The notes under the pieces: model-generated | Told to the model about the DNA's origin: nothing | Databases searched by the model: none | The model's input: the letters and a program-made list of their open reading frames with translations, nothing else | Translations under genes and position numbers: made by a program | Assembly (NCBI GenBank): GCA_938003965.1 | Contig: CALKXI010000026.1 | Location: 3,963 to 67,962, forward strand | Direction: 5' to 3' | DNA length: 64,000 nucleotides | Source of the DNA: an uncultured Chlorobiales bacterium | Lineage (GTDB): Bacteria > Bacteroidota > Chlorobiia > Chlorobiales > Thermochlorobacteraceae | Part shown: piece after piece, positions 18,099-27,294 of the stretch | Layout: each line of letters opens with the position of its first letter | How positions within the stretch are numbered: the stretch's first letter is position 1

Positions 18099-19535
18099 AT
18101 GAAATCGCTTATTTGCTTGTTCCTTTTTTCGCTCACTTCGCTTTGCGCCGTTGCGCAGCGCGTGATGCCCAATATCGACCTTCCACCTGAAAGCCCATAT
18201 GACCCCGACCGTCCGCCTCCTTCGTTTCATAAACAAAATCGCGAGCGACTGCTCTCAATGCTTCCTGATAGCTCGATTGCGATTTTCTTTGCAAACGATT
18301 TGAAAGTGCGCAACAATGATGTCGACTTTCTCTTCCGACAATCGAACTCACTGCTTTACCTTACAGGGCTTTATGAAGAGCCTAATGCCGCGCTCATTCT
18401 CTCCAAATTCCAGATGCCATTTCGCAACACCGCCACAACTGAACTCATGTTCGTTCAGCCTCGCAATGCGCTGATGGAAACTTGGACAGGACGGCGTTTG
18501 GGTCCAGAAGGCGCAATGCAGAAACTGGGCTTGAACGCAGCAATGGTTATTGATTCGCTTCGTCCATATCTTTTTGAAACGCTTTTGAAAACATATCGCG
18601 CTAACATCAAGCGCGTCTTCCTTTCGTATCCAGCAAAGGATTATGCAGACTCTGACGGCGACTTGGCGCGCCTCGTTAAAACGATTGATGAAGAACTACG
18701 GAAAGATAAGTCGCTGATAATTCAAAACGCCTCGCCTCTGCTCGGACAACTTCGACAAGTCAAACACCCGATTGAAATTGAAATGATTCAGAAAGCGACA
18801 GACGCCACCGTTGCCGCGCATTTGGAAGCCATCAAGTCATGCGAGCCGAATATGTATGAATATGAACTTGCCGCTGTTGCTGAATATGTGTTCAAGAAAA
18901 AGGGGTGCGAATACACGGCTTATCCGAGCATTGTCGGCGCAGGCGAAAACAGCGTGATTCTTCACTATAACACCACACGCAAGAAAATGCTCGACGGCGA
19001 ACTTGTCTTGATGGACATGGGCGGCGAATATCACGGTTATGCGACCGATGTAACCCGCACGATTCCTGTCAACGGAAAATTCTCGCCTGAACAAAAACTT
19101 ATCTACGACCTTGTGCTTGCCGCACAAGACAGCGCGATTGCACAATGCAAACCGGGCAACTCTTTTCGTGCACCGCATCAAAAAGCCGTCGAAGTGATTG
19201 CCGAAGGCTTGCTCAAACTCGGCTTGATTCAAGATAAATCGGACTATCGCCGATACTTCATGCACGGCACATCGCACAGCGTCGGGCTTGATGTGCATGA
19301 CCCAAACATGGCGATTTTGCAAGCCGGGCAGGTCTTTACCGTTGAACCCGGCATTTACATCGCCGAAGGCTCGCCGTGCGAGCGCAAGTGGTGGAATATC
19401 GGCGTGCGCCTTGAAGATATGGTGCTGGTTACGGAGAATGGCGCGCGCGTTATGTCAGCCGCCTTGCCTCGTAAAACCGAAGAGATTGAAGCATTGATGA
19501 ACGAAAAAGGCATTGGGAACATCCCTATCAAATAA
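18099..19535 (+). CDS. Secreted Xaa-Pro aminopeptidase (M24B family)
   Basis: Signal peptide (LFLFSLTSLCAVAQ), an AMP_N-like N-terminal domain, and M24 metal-ligand motifs (LMDMGGEYHGYATDVTRT; HGTSHSVGLDVHD; TVEPGIY). Confidence 0.9.
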   Translation: MKSLICLFLFSLTSLCAVAQRVMPNIDLPPESPYDPDRPPPSFHKQNRERLLSMLPDSSIAIFFANDLKVRNNDVDFLFRQSNSLLYLTGLYEEPNAALILSKFQMPFRNTATTELMFVQPRNALMETWTGRRLGPEGAMQKLGLNAAMVIDSLRPYLFETLLKTYRANIKRVFLSYPAKDYADSDGDLARLVKTIDEELRKDKSLIIQNASPLLGQLRQVKHPIEIEMIQKATDATVAAHLEAIKSCEPNMYEYELAAVAEYVFKKKGCEYTAYPSIVGAGENSVILHYNTTRKKMLDGELVLMDMGGEYHGYATDVTRTIPVNGKFSPEQKLIYDLVLAAQDSAIAQCKPGNSFRAPHQKAVEVIAEGLLKLGLIQDKSDYRRYFMHGTSHSVGLDVHDPNMAILQAGQVFTVEPGIYIAEGSPCERKWWNIGVRLEDMVLVTENGARVMSAALPRKTEEIEALMNEKGIGNIPIK

Positions 19536-19554
19536 TCCTTACTGAGGCTTTCAC

Positions 19555-20148
19555 ATGATAACCGATAAACAGGTGCTTAACATCTTTCGCGAAACAGGGG
19601 CGCTTCTTGAAGGGCATTTCATTCTTTCTTCGGGATTGCACAGCCCGCACTACTTTCAATGCGCCAAAGTGCTTCAATATCCAAAGTATCTCACCAAACT
19701 CTGCAAGCCGATTGCCACTTATTTCATGAACAAGCAGATTGATGTTGTAGCCTCGCCTGCGCTGGGGGGCATTGTGGTTGGAACGGAAGTCGGCAGACAA
19801 ATGAATGTGCGCACTATTTTTGCGGAACGCACCGAAGGCGAGATGAAATTTCGTCGCGGCTTTGAAATCTACCCCAACGAACGCGTGCTGATTGTTGAAG
19901 ATGTCATCACAACGGGCAAATCGGTGCGCGAAGTCATGCGACTTGTTGAGGAAGCAGGTGGTGTTGTAGCCGGCGTGGGATTTATTGTCGATAGAAGTAA
20001 TGGCACGGTTCGGCTTTGCGACGAGCAGTTTTCTCTTTTGAAGATGCACGTAGAAGTTTACGAGGCGGATAGACTTCCGCCTGAGCTTGCCGCAATTGAA
20101 GCCATTAAACCCGGCAGCCGCACAACGCCACGTGCGTCAGTTCAGTGA
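19555..20148 (+). CDS. pyrE: Orotate phosphoribosyltransferase
   Basis: PRPP-binding motif [13 protein letters not shown] and an overall PyrE-like sequence ([15 protein letters not shown]). Confidence 0.9.
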   Translation: MITDKQVLNIFRETGALLEGHFILSSGLHSPHYFQCAKVLQYPKYLTKLCKPIATYFMNKQIDVVASPALGGIVVGTEVGRQMNVRTIFAERTEGEMKFRRGFEIYPNERVLIVEDVITTGKSVREVMRLVEEAGGVVAGVGFIVDRSNGTVRLCDEQFSLLKMHVEVYEADRLPPELAAIEAIKPGSRTTPRASVQ

Positions 20149-20352
20149 AAATCCGTTTTCGTCATCGAGATAGCGGCTTTTGCACATTTCAATTTTTCTT
20201 GGGAATCGAACAAGTTGAACTAAGTGGCGTTCACGCAGTTTTCGGGTGCGAACTGTTCGGGCTGAGGCTAAGGTTTCTGCACTTTCTTTGGCAAGCGAGA
20301 GGCTCATCAAGAAGAACACGACGAGCAGAACGAGCATAGAAATAATCGCCAT
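20137..20352 (-). CDS. Possible small membrane protein (71 aa)
   Basis: ORF with an N-terminal hydrophobic helix ([20 protein letters not shown]) followed by a basic segment. It lies 60 nt downstream of the J-domain/WD40 gene on the same strand. No recognisable family; may be spurious. Confidence 0.3.
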   Translation of the reverse strand: MAIISMLVLLVVFFLMSLSLAKESAETLASARTVRTRKLRERHLVQLVRFPRKIEMCKSRYLDDENGFSLN

Positions 20353-20411
20353 AGTTACTTCAGGTTTTCCAGTTTGAGAAAATCAAGATTTCTTGTGAAG
20401 AATGTAAAGAA

Positions 20412-21749
20412 TCAATCAAATTTTCTCAAATCCCAAACTTTGACGGTGCTGTCGGCACCAGCGGTGTAGAGTTCCTTTCCGTCAAGCGAAAATTTTACGG
20501 CATTGGCTTTAAGGCGATGGGCATCAATGACTTCCAACTTTTGACCGTTTTCTGCTTTGTAGATTCTCACGCGTCCGTCTTGACCTGCAGCAGCGAGCAA
20601 TTTTCCGTCAGGACGATACGCCAATTTGACAGCAACGGCATCGTCGATTGTGCGGACGCTATTGGTTTTGAAGTGAATTTGTTTGATGGTTCGGTCTTCG
20701 CCTGCTGTTGCAACCCAATCTCCGAACGACGCTATCGCAAAGATACGGCGTTTGTGAAGCGTGAGCGTTTTCATTGTGCCATCTTTCCAATTCCAAATCA
20801 TCGCCTGCGCATCGTTGGTAAAGGCGACGCTTTGCCCTGACGCTCCAAATGTGGCAGAGTATATTGGAAATGCAATTCCCATCCGTGTTCGCAGTTGCTC
20901 ACCTGTCTCTTTGTTCCATACTCGAACGGTTTTATCCCAGCTTGAAGTCATCACTTCGTCGGTTGTCGGACTAAATTGAACGGAGCTAATGGCAGAACTG
21001 TGGGCTTTAACGGATTTGCTTTTTGCCTCGTCGTTTAGGTTGACGAGATTAAGCACGCCGCTTTTATCACCAATCGCCAGAATTCCGTTTTTTTCTGCAA
21101 TCGCAAGTGCTGACTCCGTGAGCGAAATCGTTTGAACTGGCTTGGTTGGATTTTCTTTTTGGAATCCTTGCACCTGCTTGTTTTCGGTTGCTACCCAGCA
21201 GATCGTTTCAGTCGGGGCAATCTCAAAGGCTTGAGCACCAACATTGAATGTATAAATCGGCTCAGTGAGCGTTACAACTTCTTCGGGTCGAGTGAAGTCA
21301 GTCAGTTGTTCAGGCTTGACCAGTCGCCACAGAATTGACAGTCCTCCCATGATGACGATGATGACGAAGATGAACGGTCGGTAGCGCGATTGGGCTTTAA
21401 GTTTCTCGTTGCGCTCGGCGCGGAATCGCTCAATATCTTGAGCGTAATCGTTGTAGCGTCGTCCATCGAAGCCATATTCTGCTGCGATATTTGCTGCTTC
21501 GGAAAGTTTTTCACGATAGAGATTGTCGTAGATGAATCGTTTGTCAGGGTTCAGCAGTGTTTCTTTGGCTTGATTGAGGCGTTGCGATTTTTGCTCAGCG
21601 CGTTTGCGTTCTTGTTCAGAAGCGTTTTGAAGTTTATCAGGATGTACTTCCTTGATGCGCTCCATGTAAGCGCGTTTAATTTCGGCTTCGGTTGCGGTTT
21701 GCGTCAGTCCTAACTCAGCATAGAGGTCTATGAAATCTGATTTGTTCAT
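20412..21749 (-). CDS. J-domain protein with a single TM helix and a C-terminal WD40 beta-propeller
   Basis: J domain with HPD (DLYAELGL...AEIKRAYMERIKEVHPDK), TM helix (PFIFVIIVIMGGLSILWRLV) and WD40-like blades (SSWDKTVRVWN, AGEDRTIKQI, GQDGRVRIY, AGADSTVKVWD). Confidence 0.85.
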   Translation of the reverse strand: MNKSDFIDLYAELGLTQTATEAEIKRAYMERIKEVHPDKLQNASEQERKRAEQKSQRLNQAKETLLNPDKRFIYDNLYREKLSEAANIAAEYGFDGRRYNDYAQDIERFRAERNEKLKAQSRYRPFIFVIIVIMGGLSILWRLVKPEQLTDFTRPEEVVTLTEPIYTFNVGAQAFEIAPTETICWVATENKQVQGFQKENPTKPVQTISLTESALAIAEKNGILAIGDKSGVLNLVNLNDEAKSKSVKAHSSAISSVQFSPTTDEVMTSSWDKTVRVWNKETGEQLRTRMGIAFPIYSATFGASGQSVAFTNDAQAMIWNWKDGTMKTLTLHKRRIFAIASFGDWVATAGEDRTIKQIHFKTNSVRTIDDAVAVKLAYRPDGKLLAAAGQDGRVRIYKAENGQKLEVIDAHRLKANAVKFSLDGKELYTAGADSTVKVWDLRKFD

Positions 21750-21767
21750 TTTTACAGCACTTCTTTT

Positions 21768-22496
21768 TTACGCAAGGGAAATCTCTTCAAAGTTCAGCAG
21801 TTCCATCGTGCTTCCCGCCATTGACATTGCGTAGATTTTATGTTTCGTTAGATATGATAGTTGCTGCGATGTGAATCGCATGCTGGAAAAAATTGGAATC
21901 AACTTTTTTCCTTTGAGTTCAGGAAAGAACTCGAAGAACTCAGGCAGGCTTTGAATGAACTCGTCCATATAGTTCTGACGAATCGTGGTTTTCGTTTCAT
22001 TGAGTAACACATAGTCTTTTGAAACCAGAATTAAATCGAATTCTTTTCCCTTTTTCAGCGTCTCACTCTCAATGTAAAGATTCATCATTGAGCGTTGAAT
22101 GTGCTCAATCTTGAAATACTTTTTGGCGACCGTCGGTACATTAGGTGCGACAATATCCTCGACCACTGTTCCAAGTTTATTTGCAAGATCTCCCCACTTT
22201 TTATTCAACTCCATTTTTGAGTCGCTCATTTCTTTGCTCAACTGCTCTGTCGTTTCCTTCAACTCCTTACTCAACTGCTCTGTTGTGTTCTTCAACTCCA
22301 CAATTGCTTTGTCAACATTGTCTTTGAACTCTTTCATCTCGTCTTTGAACTCTTTCATCTCGTCTTTTAATTCTTTTATCTGACTTTTGAGGAATTGCGT
22401 TTCTGCTTCGGCACGTCGAGCTGCCAAAGCACTTTGTGCCAGAAATTCTCCCAGAACTACTTCCAAATCACTTACGCGACGCTCTAAACTTGCCAT
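21768..22496 (-). CDS. Coiled-coil protein with a C-terminal PD-(D/E)XK-like (DUF3782-like) domain
   Basis: N-terminal repeats (KDEMKEF x2; TTEQLSKE x2) are followed by KWGDLANKLGTVVEDIV... and a putative nuclease motif EFDLILVSKDYVLLNETKT. Ends 18 nt before the J/WD40 gene. Confidence 0.7.
   Translation of the reverse strand: MASLERRVSDLEVVLGEFLAQSALAARRAEAETQFLKSQIKELKDEMKEFKDEMKEFKDNVDKAIVELKNTTEQLSKELKETTEQLSKEMSDSKMELNKKWGDLANKLGTVVEDIVAPNVPTVAKKYFKIEHIQRSMMNLYIESETLKKGKEFDLILVSKDYVLLNETKTTIRQNYMDEFIQSLPEFFEFFPELKGKKLIPIFSSMRFTSQQLSYLTKHKIYAMSMAGSTMELLNFEEISLA
22237..22302 (-). repeat. Imperfect 33-nt in-frame tandem duplication inside the coiled-coil gene (encodes TTEQLSKELKE / TTEQLSKEMSD)
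   Basis: Units 22237-22269 and 22270-22302 read directly; they differ at a few positions. Confidence 0.85.
22321..22362 (-). repeat. Perfect 21-nt in-frame tandem duplication (tctttgaactctttcatctcg x2; encodes DEMKEFK x2)
   Basis: Units 22321-22341 and 22342-22362 are identical in the sequence. Confidence 0.95.
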
Positions 22497-22611
22497 TGTT
22501 TTGATTGTTTGGTGTTTAAGATAAATATAATCAACAAATATACGGTCTTCATTTCACAAAGGGCGCGAAAATCCTTATACTTGCGACCTATTTTCAGAAA
22601 CAACTTACAAC

Positions 22612-24192
22612 ATGCAGGTACTCATTTTAGACAACATTGAAAAAAGTTGTGGCGAGTTTCTTGCTCGCAACGGATTTGTTGTTACAGAAAAATTGAAACT
22701 TTCCAAAGACGAACTTAAATCCATCATCGGCGAATACGATGTGCTTTTGGTGCGAAGCGCAACGAAAGTTACTGCTGATATTATTGAAGCTGGTAAAAAA
22801 CTTAAACTCATCGGTAGAGCTGGCGCAGGCGTTGATAACATCGACATTGAAGCTGCTACTCGTCAAGGCGTGATTGTGATGAATACGCCTGGGGGCAACA
22901 CAATTTCTGCTGCTGAACACACCTGTGGTATGATTCTTTCTGTTGCGCGCCTAATTCCACAAGCACATGCGGAAACGAAGCGCGGGCTTTGGGATAAAAA
23001 AAAGTGGATGGGTCGTGAACTTGAAGGCAAGGTGCTCGCTATTATTGGTCTCGGTAAAATCGGTCGTGAAGTTGCACTGCGCATGCAAGCCTTTGGCATG
23101 CAAATCGTCGGATATGACCCGATGCTTCCAGCGGAAGTCGCATCAAAATCAGGGATTATACTCTTGCCACTCGAGGAAAATTTCCGCAAAGCCGATTTTA
23201 TCACCATTCATACGCCGCTCAACGAGGCAACTCGCAACCTGATTTGCGCCAAGACAATAGCTCTAATGAAAGATGGTGTTCGGATTGTCAATTGCGCACG
23301 TGGCGGAATTATTCACGAAGCAGATTTAGCCAAAGCCTTGAAGTCTGGCAAGGTCGCCGCCGCTGCACTTGATGTTTTTGATGTTGAGCCAATTACGCCT
23401 GAAAATCCTCTCCTGAATTGCGAGAATGCGATTCTAACACCGCACATTGCCGCTTCAACGGTAGAAGCACAAGAAAAAGTCGCTATACAAATTGCGGAGC
23501 AAATCGTCGAGTGGAAGAACACGCATAAACTTATCGGTGCGGTCAATGCCTCTGTTGCTGAATTAGCGCAACACAGCGACGTTCAAGCATTTCTTTTGCT
23601 TGCTAAAAAACTTGGGAGCATGCAAGCCAAATTGCTCACAGGCAAACCCAAATCACTCTGCGTGACCTACTCAGGAGATTTTCTACGCAAGTTCGGCGAA
23701 GCCATCACTGCCGCTGTTTTGAAAGGCTATCTTTCAGCATTTGAATCCAATGGTATCAATTACATCAACGTGTTCTCGAAAGCACAAGACTTGGGAATTC
23801 GCGTAGAACAGTGTCGGGAAAAAGAAAATCCAAACTACACCAGCCTTGTTCGTGTCGATTACGAGACGGATATGGGCAAGCGAACGCTGAGCGGCATTGT
23901 GCTTGACAATAAAGCCCCCCGCATTGTGCAAGTTGATTCATTTGATTGTGAGTTCAAGCCCGAAGGCACGATTTTGATTTATACCAACGACGACAAACCA
24001 GGCGTGCTTTCTAGCGTGGTTTCTGTTCTTCATCATCGAAACATCAACATTGCCAACGTCTCACTTTCTCGCAACGAAGAAAAAACCATGGCACTCACGC
24101 TGGTCGGTATCGACGGCGATTTGGATTCCGTTACACTTGAACAAATTGCTAAGGTCGAGGGCGTCTATAATCCTCGCTTGTTGAAGATATGA
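22612..24192 (+). CDS. serA: D-3-phosphoglycerate dehydrogenase (long form with C-terminal regulatory domains)
   Basis: 2-hydroxyacid dehydrogenase motifs (GLGKIGREVA; NCARGGIIHE; TPHIAAST) plus ~200 aa of ASB/ACT-like C-terminus. Confidence 0.9.
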   Translation: MQVLILDNIEKSCGEFLARNGFVVTEKLKLSKDELKSIIGEYDVLLVRSATKVTADIIEAGKKLKLIGRAGAGVDNIDIEAATRQGVIVMNTPGGNTISAAEHTCGMILSVARLIPQAHAETKRGLWDKKKWMGRELEGKVLAIIGLGKIGREVALRMQAFGMQIVGYDPMLPAEVASKSGIILLPLEENFRKADFITIHTPLNEATRNLICAKTIALMKDGVRIVNCARGGIIHEADLAKALKSGKVAAAALDVFDVEPITPENPLLNCENAILTPHIAASTVEAQEKVAIQIAEQIVEWKNTHKLIGAVNASVAELAQHSDVQAFLLLAKKLGSMQAKLLTGKPKSLCVTYSGDFLRKFGEAITAAVLKGYLSAFESNGINYINVFSKAQDLGIRVEQCREKENPNYTSLVRVDYETDMGKRTLSGIVLDNKAPRIVQVDSFDCEFKPEGTILIYTNDDKPGVLSSVVSVLHHRNINIANVSLSRNEEKTMALTLVGIDGDLDSVTLEQIAKVEGVYNPRLLKI

Positions 24193-25124
24193 GCAGTTTC
24201 CATCAGCACTTTATGTACCGCTTTTTCTTAATCATTTTACTGTTCAACGCTACTGCTGTGAGCGCACAATCATCTACACCGTCTCGCCTTCGTCCGCTGC
24301 CCGACTTTGATTTTGAAGGGCACCGCGGCGCACGCGGACTTCTGCCTGAAAATACGATTCCCTCGTTTCTGAAAGCTTTGGAACTTGGTGTAACGACGCT
24401 TGAAATGGACGTCGTCATCACCAAAGACCATCACGTTGTGCTTTCTCACGAGCCGTATCTTTCAAGTGAAATTTGCTCTAAGCCCGACGGCACGCCGATT
24501 TCTCCAAGCGAAGAAAAATCTTTTAACATCTACTCTATGACCTTTGCCGACCTTTCGCGCTACGATTGCGGCAAACGCGGTCATGCCCGCTTTCCACAGC
24601 AACAGCCACAACCTGCAACCAAACCCCTCTTGCGCGACGTGATTCAATCTGTCGAGAACGCCTGTCAAGCAAGCCATTTGCCAACCGTTTTCTACAACAT
24701 TGAAACCAAATCCACTCGCGAAGGCGACGGCATCTTTCATCCGCATCCTGCAGAATTTGCTCGACTCGTTTATGAAGAAGTCAAGCGCAACGGTGTCTTG
24801 AACCGAACCATTTTTCAAAGCTTCGATGAACGCACCCTCGAGTCACTTCATGCCATCGACCACGACCTGTATTTTTGCTTGCTGGTTGAAAACTCCGACG
24901 GTCTCGAGAAAAATCTTGCTCGACTTTCGTTCAAGCCACAAGTTTATAGCCCATACTACAAACTCGTTACGCCCGAACTTGTGAGAGATGTGCGACGCAA
25001 AGGCATGAAACTTATCGTTTGGACAGTCAATACACTTGAAGAGATGAAATACTTAAAGGAAATGGGCGTCGACGGCATTATCACTGATTATCCGAACTTA
25101 AAATCAGCTTTGTTTTCCCAATAA
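24189..25124 (+). CDS. Secreted glycerophosphodiester phosphodiesterase
   Basis: Signal peptide followed by GDPD motifs (GHRGARGLLPENT; LEMDVVITKDHHVVLSHE). 4-nt overlap with the serA stop. Confidence 0.85.
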   Translation: MSSFHQHFMYRFFLIILLFNATAVSAQSSTPSRLRPLPDFDFEGHRGARGLLPENTIPSFLKALELGVTTLEMDVVITKDHHVVLSHEPYLSSEICSKPDGTPISPSEEKSFNIYSMTFADLSRYDCGKRGHARFPQQQPQPATKPLLRDVIQSVENACQASHLPTVFYNIETKSTREGDGIFHPHPAEFARLVYEEVKRNGVLNRTIFQSFDERTLESLHAIDHDLYFCLLVENSDGLEKNLARLSFKPQVYSPYYKLVTPELVRDVRRKGMKLIVWTVNTLEEMKYLKEMGVDGIITDYPNLKSALFSQ

Positions 25125-25190
25125 TTAATGTAATTTTTGCGCTCAACTTTCAAATTCCCTCAAAGTTCATTACTTTTGTGATTGCATTCT

Positions 25191-25272
25191 GCCCAGATGG
25201 CGGAATTGGTAGACGCACTCGTTTCAGGTGCGAGCGCCGCAAGGCATAGGAGTTCGACTCTCCTTCTGGGCA
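25191..25272 (+). tRNA. tRNA-Leu (anticodon CAG), type II with a long variable arm; CCA not encoded
   Basis: Hand-folded: acceptor gcccaga/tctgggc, 3-bp D stem, anticodon stem ctcgt/gcgag with loop ttCAGgt, 13-nt variable arm, T arm aggag-ttcgact-ctcct, discriminator a. Confidence 0.9.
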
Positions 25273-25356
25273 CAAGATTCAAATCGCTGATATGATACAA
25301 GACCTTCTTGATACCTATCTCAAACATAGTTGCGCTTCGTCTTGGTATGCGCCTTT

Positions 25357-25397
25357 AATGCATCTTTGGATTATGCCAAAGGTGCATTTTTGTTTTG
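25357..25397 (+). terminator. Rho-independent terminator downstream of tRNA-Leu
   Basis: 13-bp stem aatgcatctttgg / ccaaaggtgcatt (one G-U pair), loop attatg, followed by tttgttttg. Confidence 0.8.
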
Positions 25398-25429
25398 TAG
25401 GTTTTTTTCAACTTTAACAACTGTTTACA

Positions 25430-26248
25430 GTGGAACACGATAAAACGCGCCTCCTTGTTGACCTTCAACTTTTAGACAACGAGCTTTTTAATGTGCTGAG
25501 CGAACAGCGCGGCTTGCCCGAAGAAATCCATAACCTAAAAGAGCAAGCAACCGCTTACGCCGACATTCTCAAAGCTCGTAAAAAGCGACTCGACGAAAGC
25601 GAAGTGCAAAAGCGACTTCTCACTTCTGAAATCAAAGCTTCCCAAGAAAAAATTAAAAAGTATAAAGACGCTCAAACCAGCGCACGCAACAACAAAGAGT
25701 ATGATGCGCTCTCCAAACAAATTGAGTTCGAAGAACTTGAAATCAAGAAGGCTGAATCCAAAATCAAGTCTATTGACGACGAGCGCCAACACCAACTCGA
25801 GCTTGAAGCCGCAGGCAAAGCCCTCCTTGAAGAGAATAACGACAGCGACATTACCGACGAGATGCTGCCCACCGAGTATCTGAAACAGCGCATTATTGCC
25901 ATTGAGTCCGAAATCGAAGAAAAGTCGCGCATGCTCAACAGCATCATTCAGAACACTCAATCCCAGATAAACGCCCTGAAAGAAAAAATCCGTGCTCAAC
26001 GCAACCTGCTCTCGAGCATAGATAGGCAGGTGCTCTCCAAATACGATACTTTGAGAAGCGGCGGAATCCAAAATGTGGTTGTTAAGTTCGATCGCAATGC
26101 CTGCAGCGGCTGTAACTCTCGCGTGCCGGCAAGCAAACATGCCGTAATTTTTCGTGGTGGATTTTACTTGTGTGAATTTTGTGGTCGAATCGTCGTGCAT
26201 GCAGACTTCTTCAAAGAAGAAGCTGCGCCTGCCCGATTCAACCCCTGA
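25430..26248 (+). CDS. Coiled-coil protein with a C-terminal C4 zinc ribbon (COG1579/DUF164-like)
   Basis: Long coiled-coil region followed by CSGCNSRVP...LCEFCGRIV. GTG start. Confidence 0.8.
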   Translation: MEHDKTRLLVDLQLLDNELFNVLSEQRGLPEEIHNLKEQATAYADILKARKKRLDESEVQKRLLTSEIKASQEKIKKYKDAQTSARNNKEYDALSKQIEFEELEIKKAESKIKSIDDERQHQLELEAAGKALLEENNDSDITDEMLPTEYLKQRIIAIESEIEEKSRMLNSIIQNTQSQINALKEKIRAQRNLLSSIDRQVLSKYDTLRSGGIQNVVVKFDRNACSGCNSRVPASKHAVIFRGGFYLCEFCGRIVVHADFFKEEAAPARFNP

Positions 26249-26266
26249 AAGCACGCTGAATAAGAG

Positions 26267-26599
26267 ATGAAAAAACTACTCCTCCTCTTTGTTTTGACTT
26301 ACGGCTGTCAGGCTGATGAGATAACTTTGAACGAAGATGATGAACGCTTTGCCGCCCTTTACGCCGACCTTCTCCTTCTTCAAGCCGATTACGAGCGAGT
26401 TATCGAGAGCGGACGCACTTACGCCAAATACGATTCGCTACAAAAATTTTTTTCTCTTCATCGCTTCTCTTCCGAACAATTCAACACACAACTCAGCCGC
26501 TACCAAACCGACCCTGCACGATGGCTTAAAGTGCAAGACCGCACCCTTGCACTGTTGATGAACCGACGTGAGTTTAGTATCTCTATTCCCAAACGATGA
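26267..26599 (+). CDS. Small putative lipoprotein, function unknown
   Basis: Lipobox-like N-terminus MKKLLLLFVLTYGC. Abuts the coaE start. Confidence 0.6.
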   Translation: MKKLLLLFVLTYGCQADEITLNEDDERFAALYADLLLLQADYERVIESGRTYAKYDSLQKFFSLHRFSSEQFNTQLSRYQTDPARWLKVQDRTLALLMNRREFSISIPKR

Positions 26600-27217
26600 A
26601 TGGCAAAGCGAATTAAGCGCATTGGCGTTACAGGCGGAATCGGAACAGGCAAAACAACTGTCTGCAACTTTCTTCGCGCACTCGGCTGTGAAATTTTTTC
26701 CGCCGATATCGAAGCCAAACGCTTACAGGAAATTGACCCCGATGTCGTTGCTGGCATTAAGAACATCTTTGGCAAGGAGATTTACGACAATGGGATTCCC
26801 AATCGCAAACGCATTGCCGAAATTATTTTTGACGACAAAGAAAAACTTGCTCAACTCAATGCTCTGATTCACCCCAAAGTCTTTCGTGCCTTTGACGAAG
26901 CGGCTCGTCGCGCCGAAGCCGAAGGCAAAACAATGATTGCCAAAGAAGCAGCAATTTTGTTTGAATCCGGCGGTGAAAAAGGATTAGATGCTGTGCTCGT
27001 TGTCGCCGCCGATTTGGACATACGCATAGCTCGCTTGAAAGCGCGCGGACTTTCAGAAGCCGATATTCGCGCTCGAATGTCGCGCCAATTTTCGCAAGAT
27101 GAATTGCTCAAACGCGCCGATGTTGTGATTTGGAATAATCACTCACTCGACTTACTTGAAGCCGAAACAAAGCATGCTTATCTTAAACTTCTTGCACTTC
27201 CTTATCGCAATCATTGA
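26600..27217 (+). CDS. coaE: Dephospho-CoA kinase
   Basis: P-loop GVTGGIGTGKTTV and a CoaE-like remainder (...ALIHPKV...). Confidence 0.9.
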   Translation: MAKRIKRIGVTGGIGTGKTTVCNFLRALGCEIFSADIEAKRLQEIDPDVVAGIKNIFGKEIYDNGIPNRKRIAEIIFDDKEKLAQLNALIHPKVFRAFDEAARRAEAEGKTMIAKEAAILFESGGEKGLDAVLVVAADLDIRIARLKARGLSEADIRARMSRQFSQDELLKRADVVIWNNHSLDLLEAETKHAYLKLLALPYRNH

Positions 27218-27294
27218 CCTCGATTTGTCAATCGTTTCGTTTAATTGATACATTTGTCCATGTTTTCGCACTTAAAACTCATCTGTACTGGATT

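Noticed and set aside
25535-26254. Long antisense ORFs opposite real genes (e.g. 25535..26254, 16457..17266, 36820..37410, 31944..32594, 19528..20049, 15770..16264, 35303..35842)
   Set aside because: Each is fully contained within, and antisense to, a gene with strong family motifs. Their translations lack motifs and have odd composition. They are typical stop-poor shadow frames.
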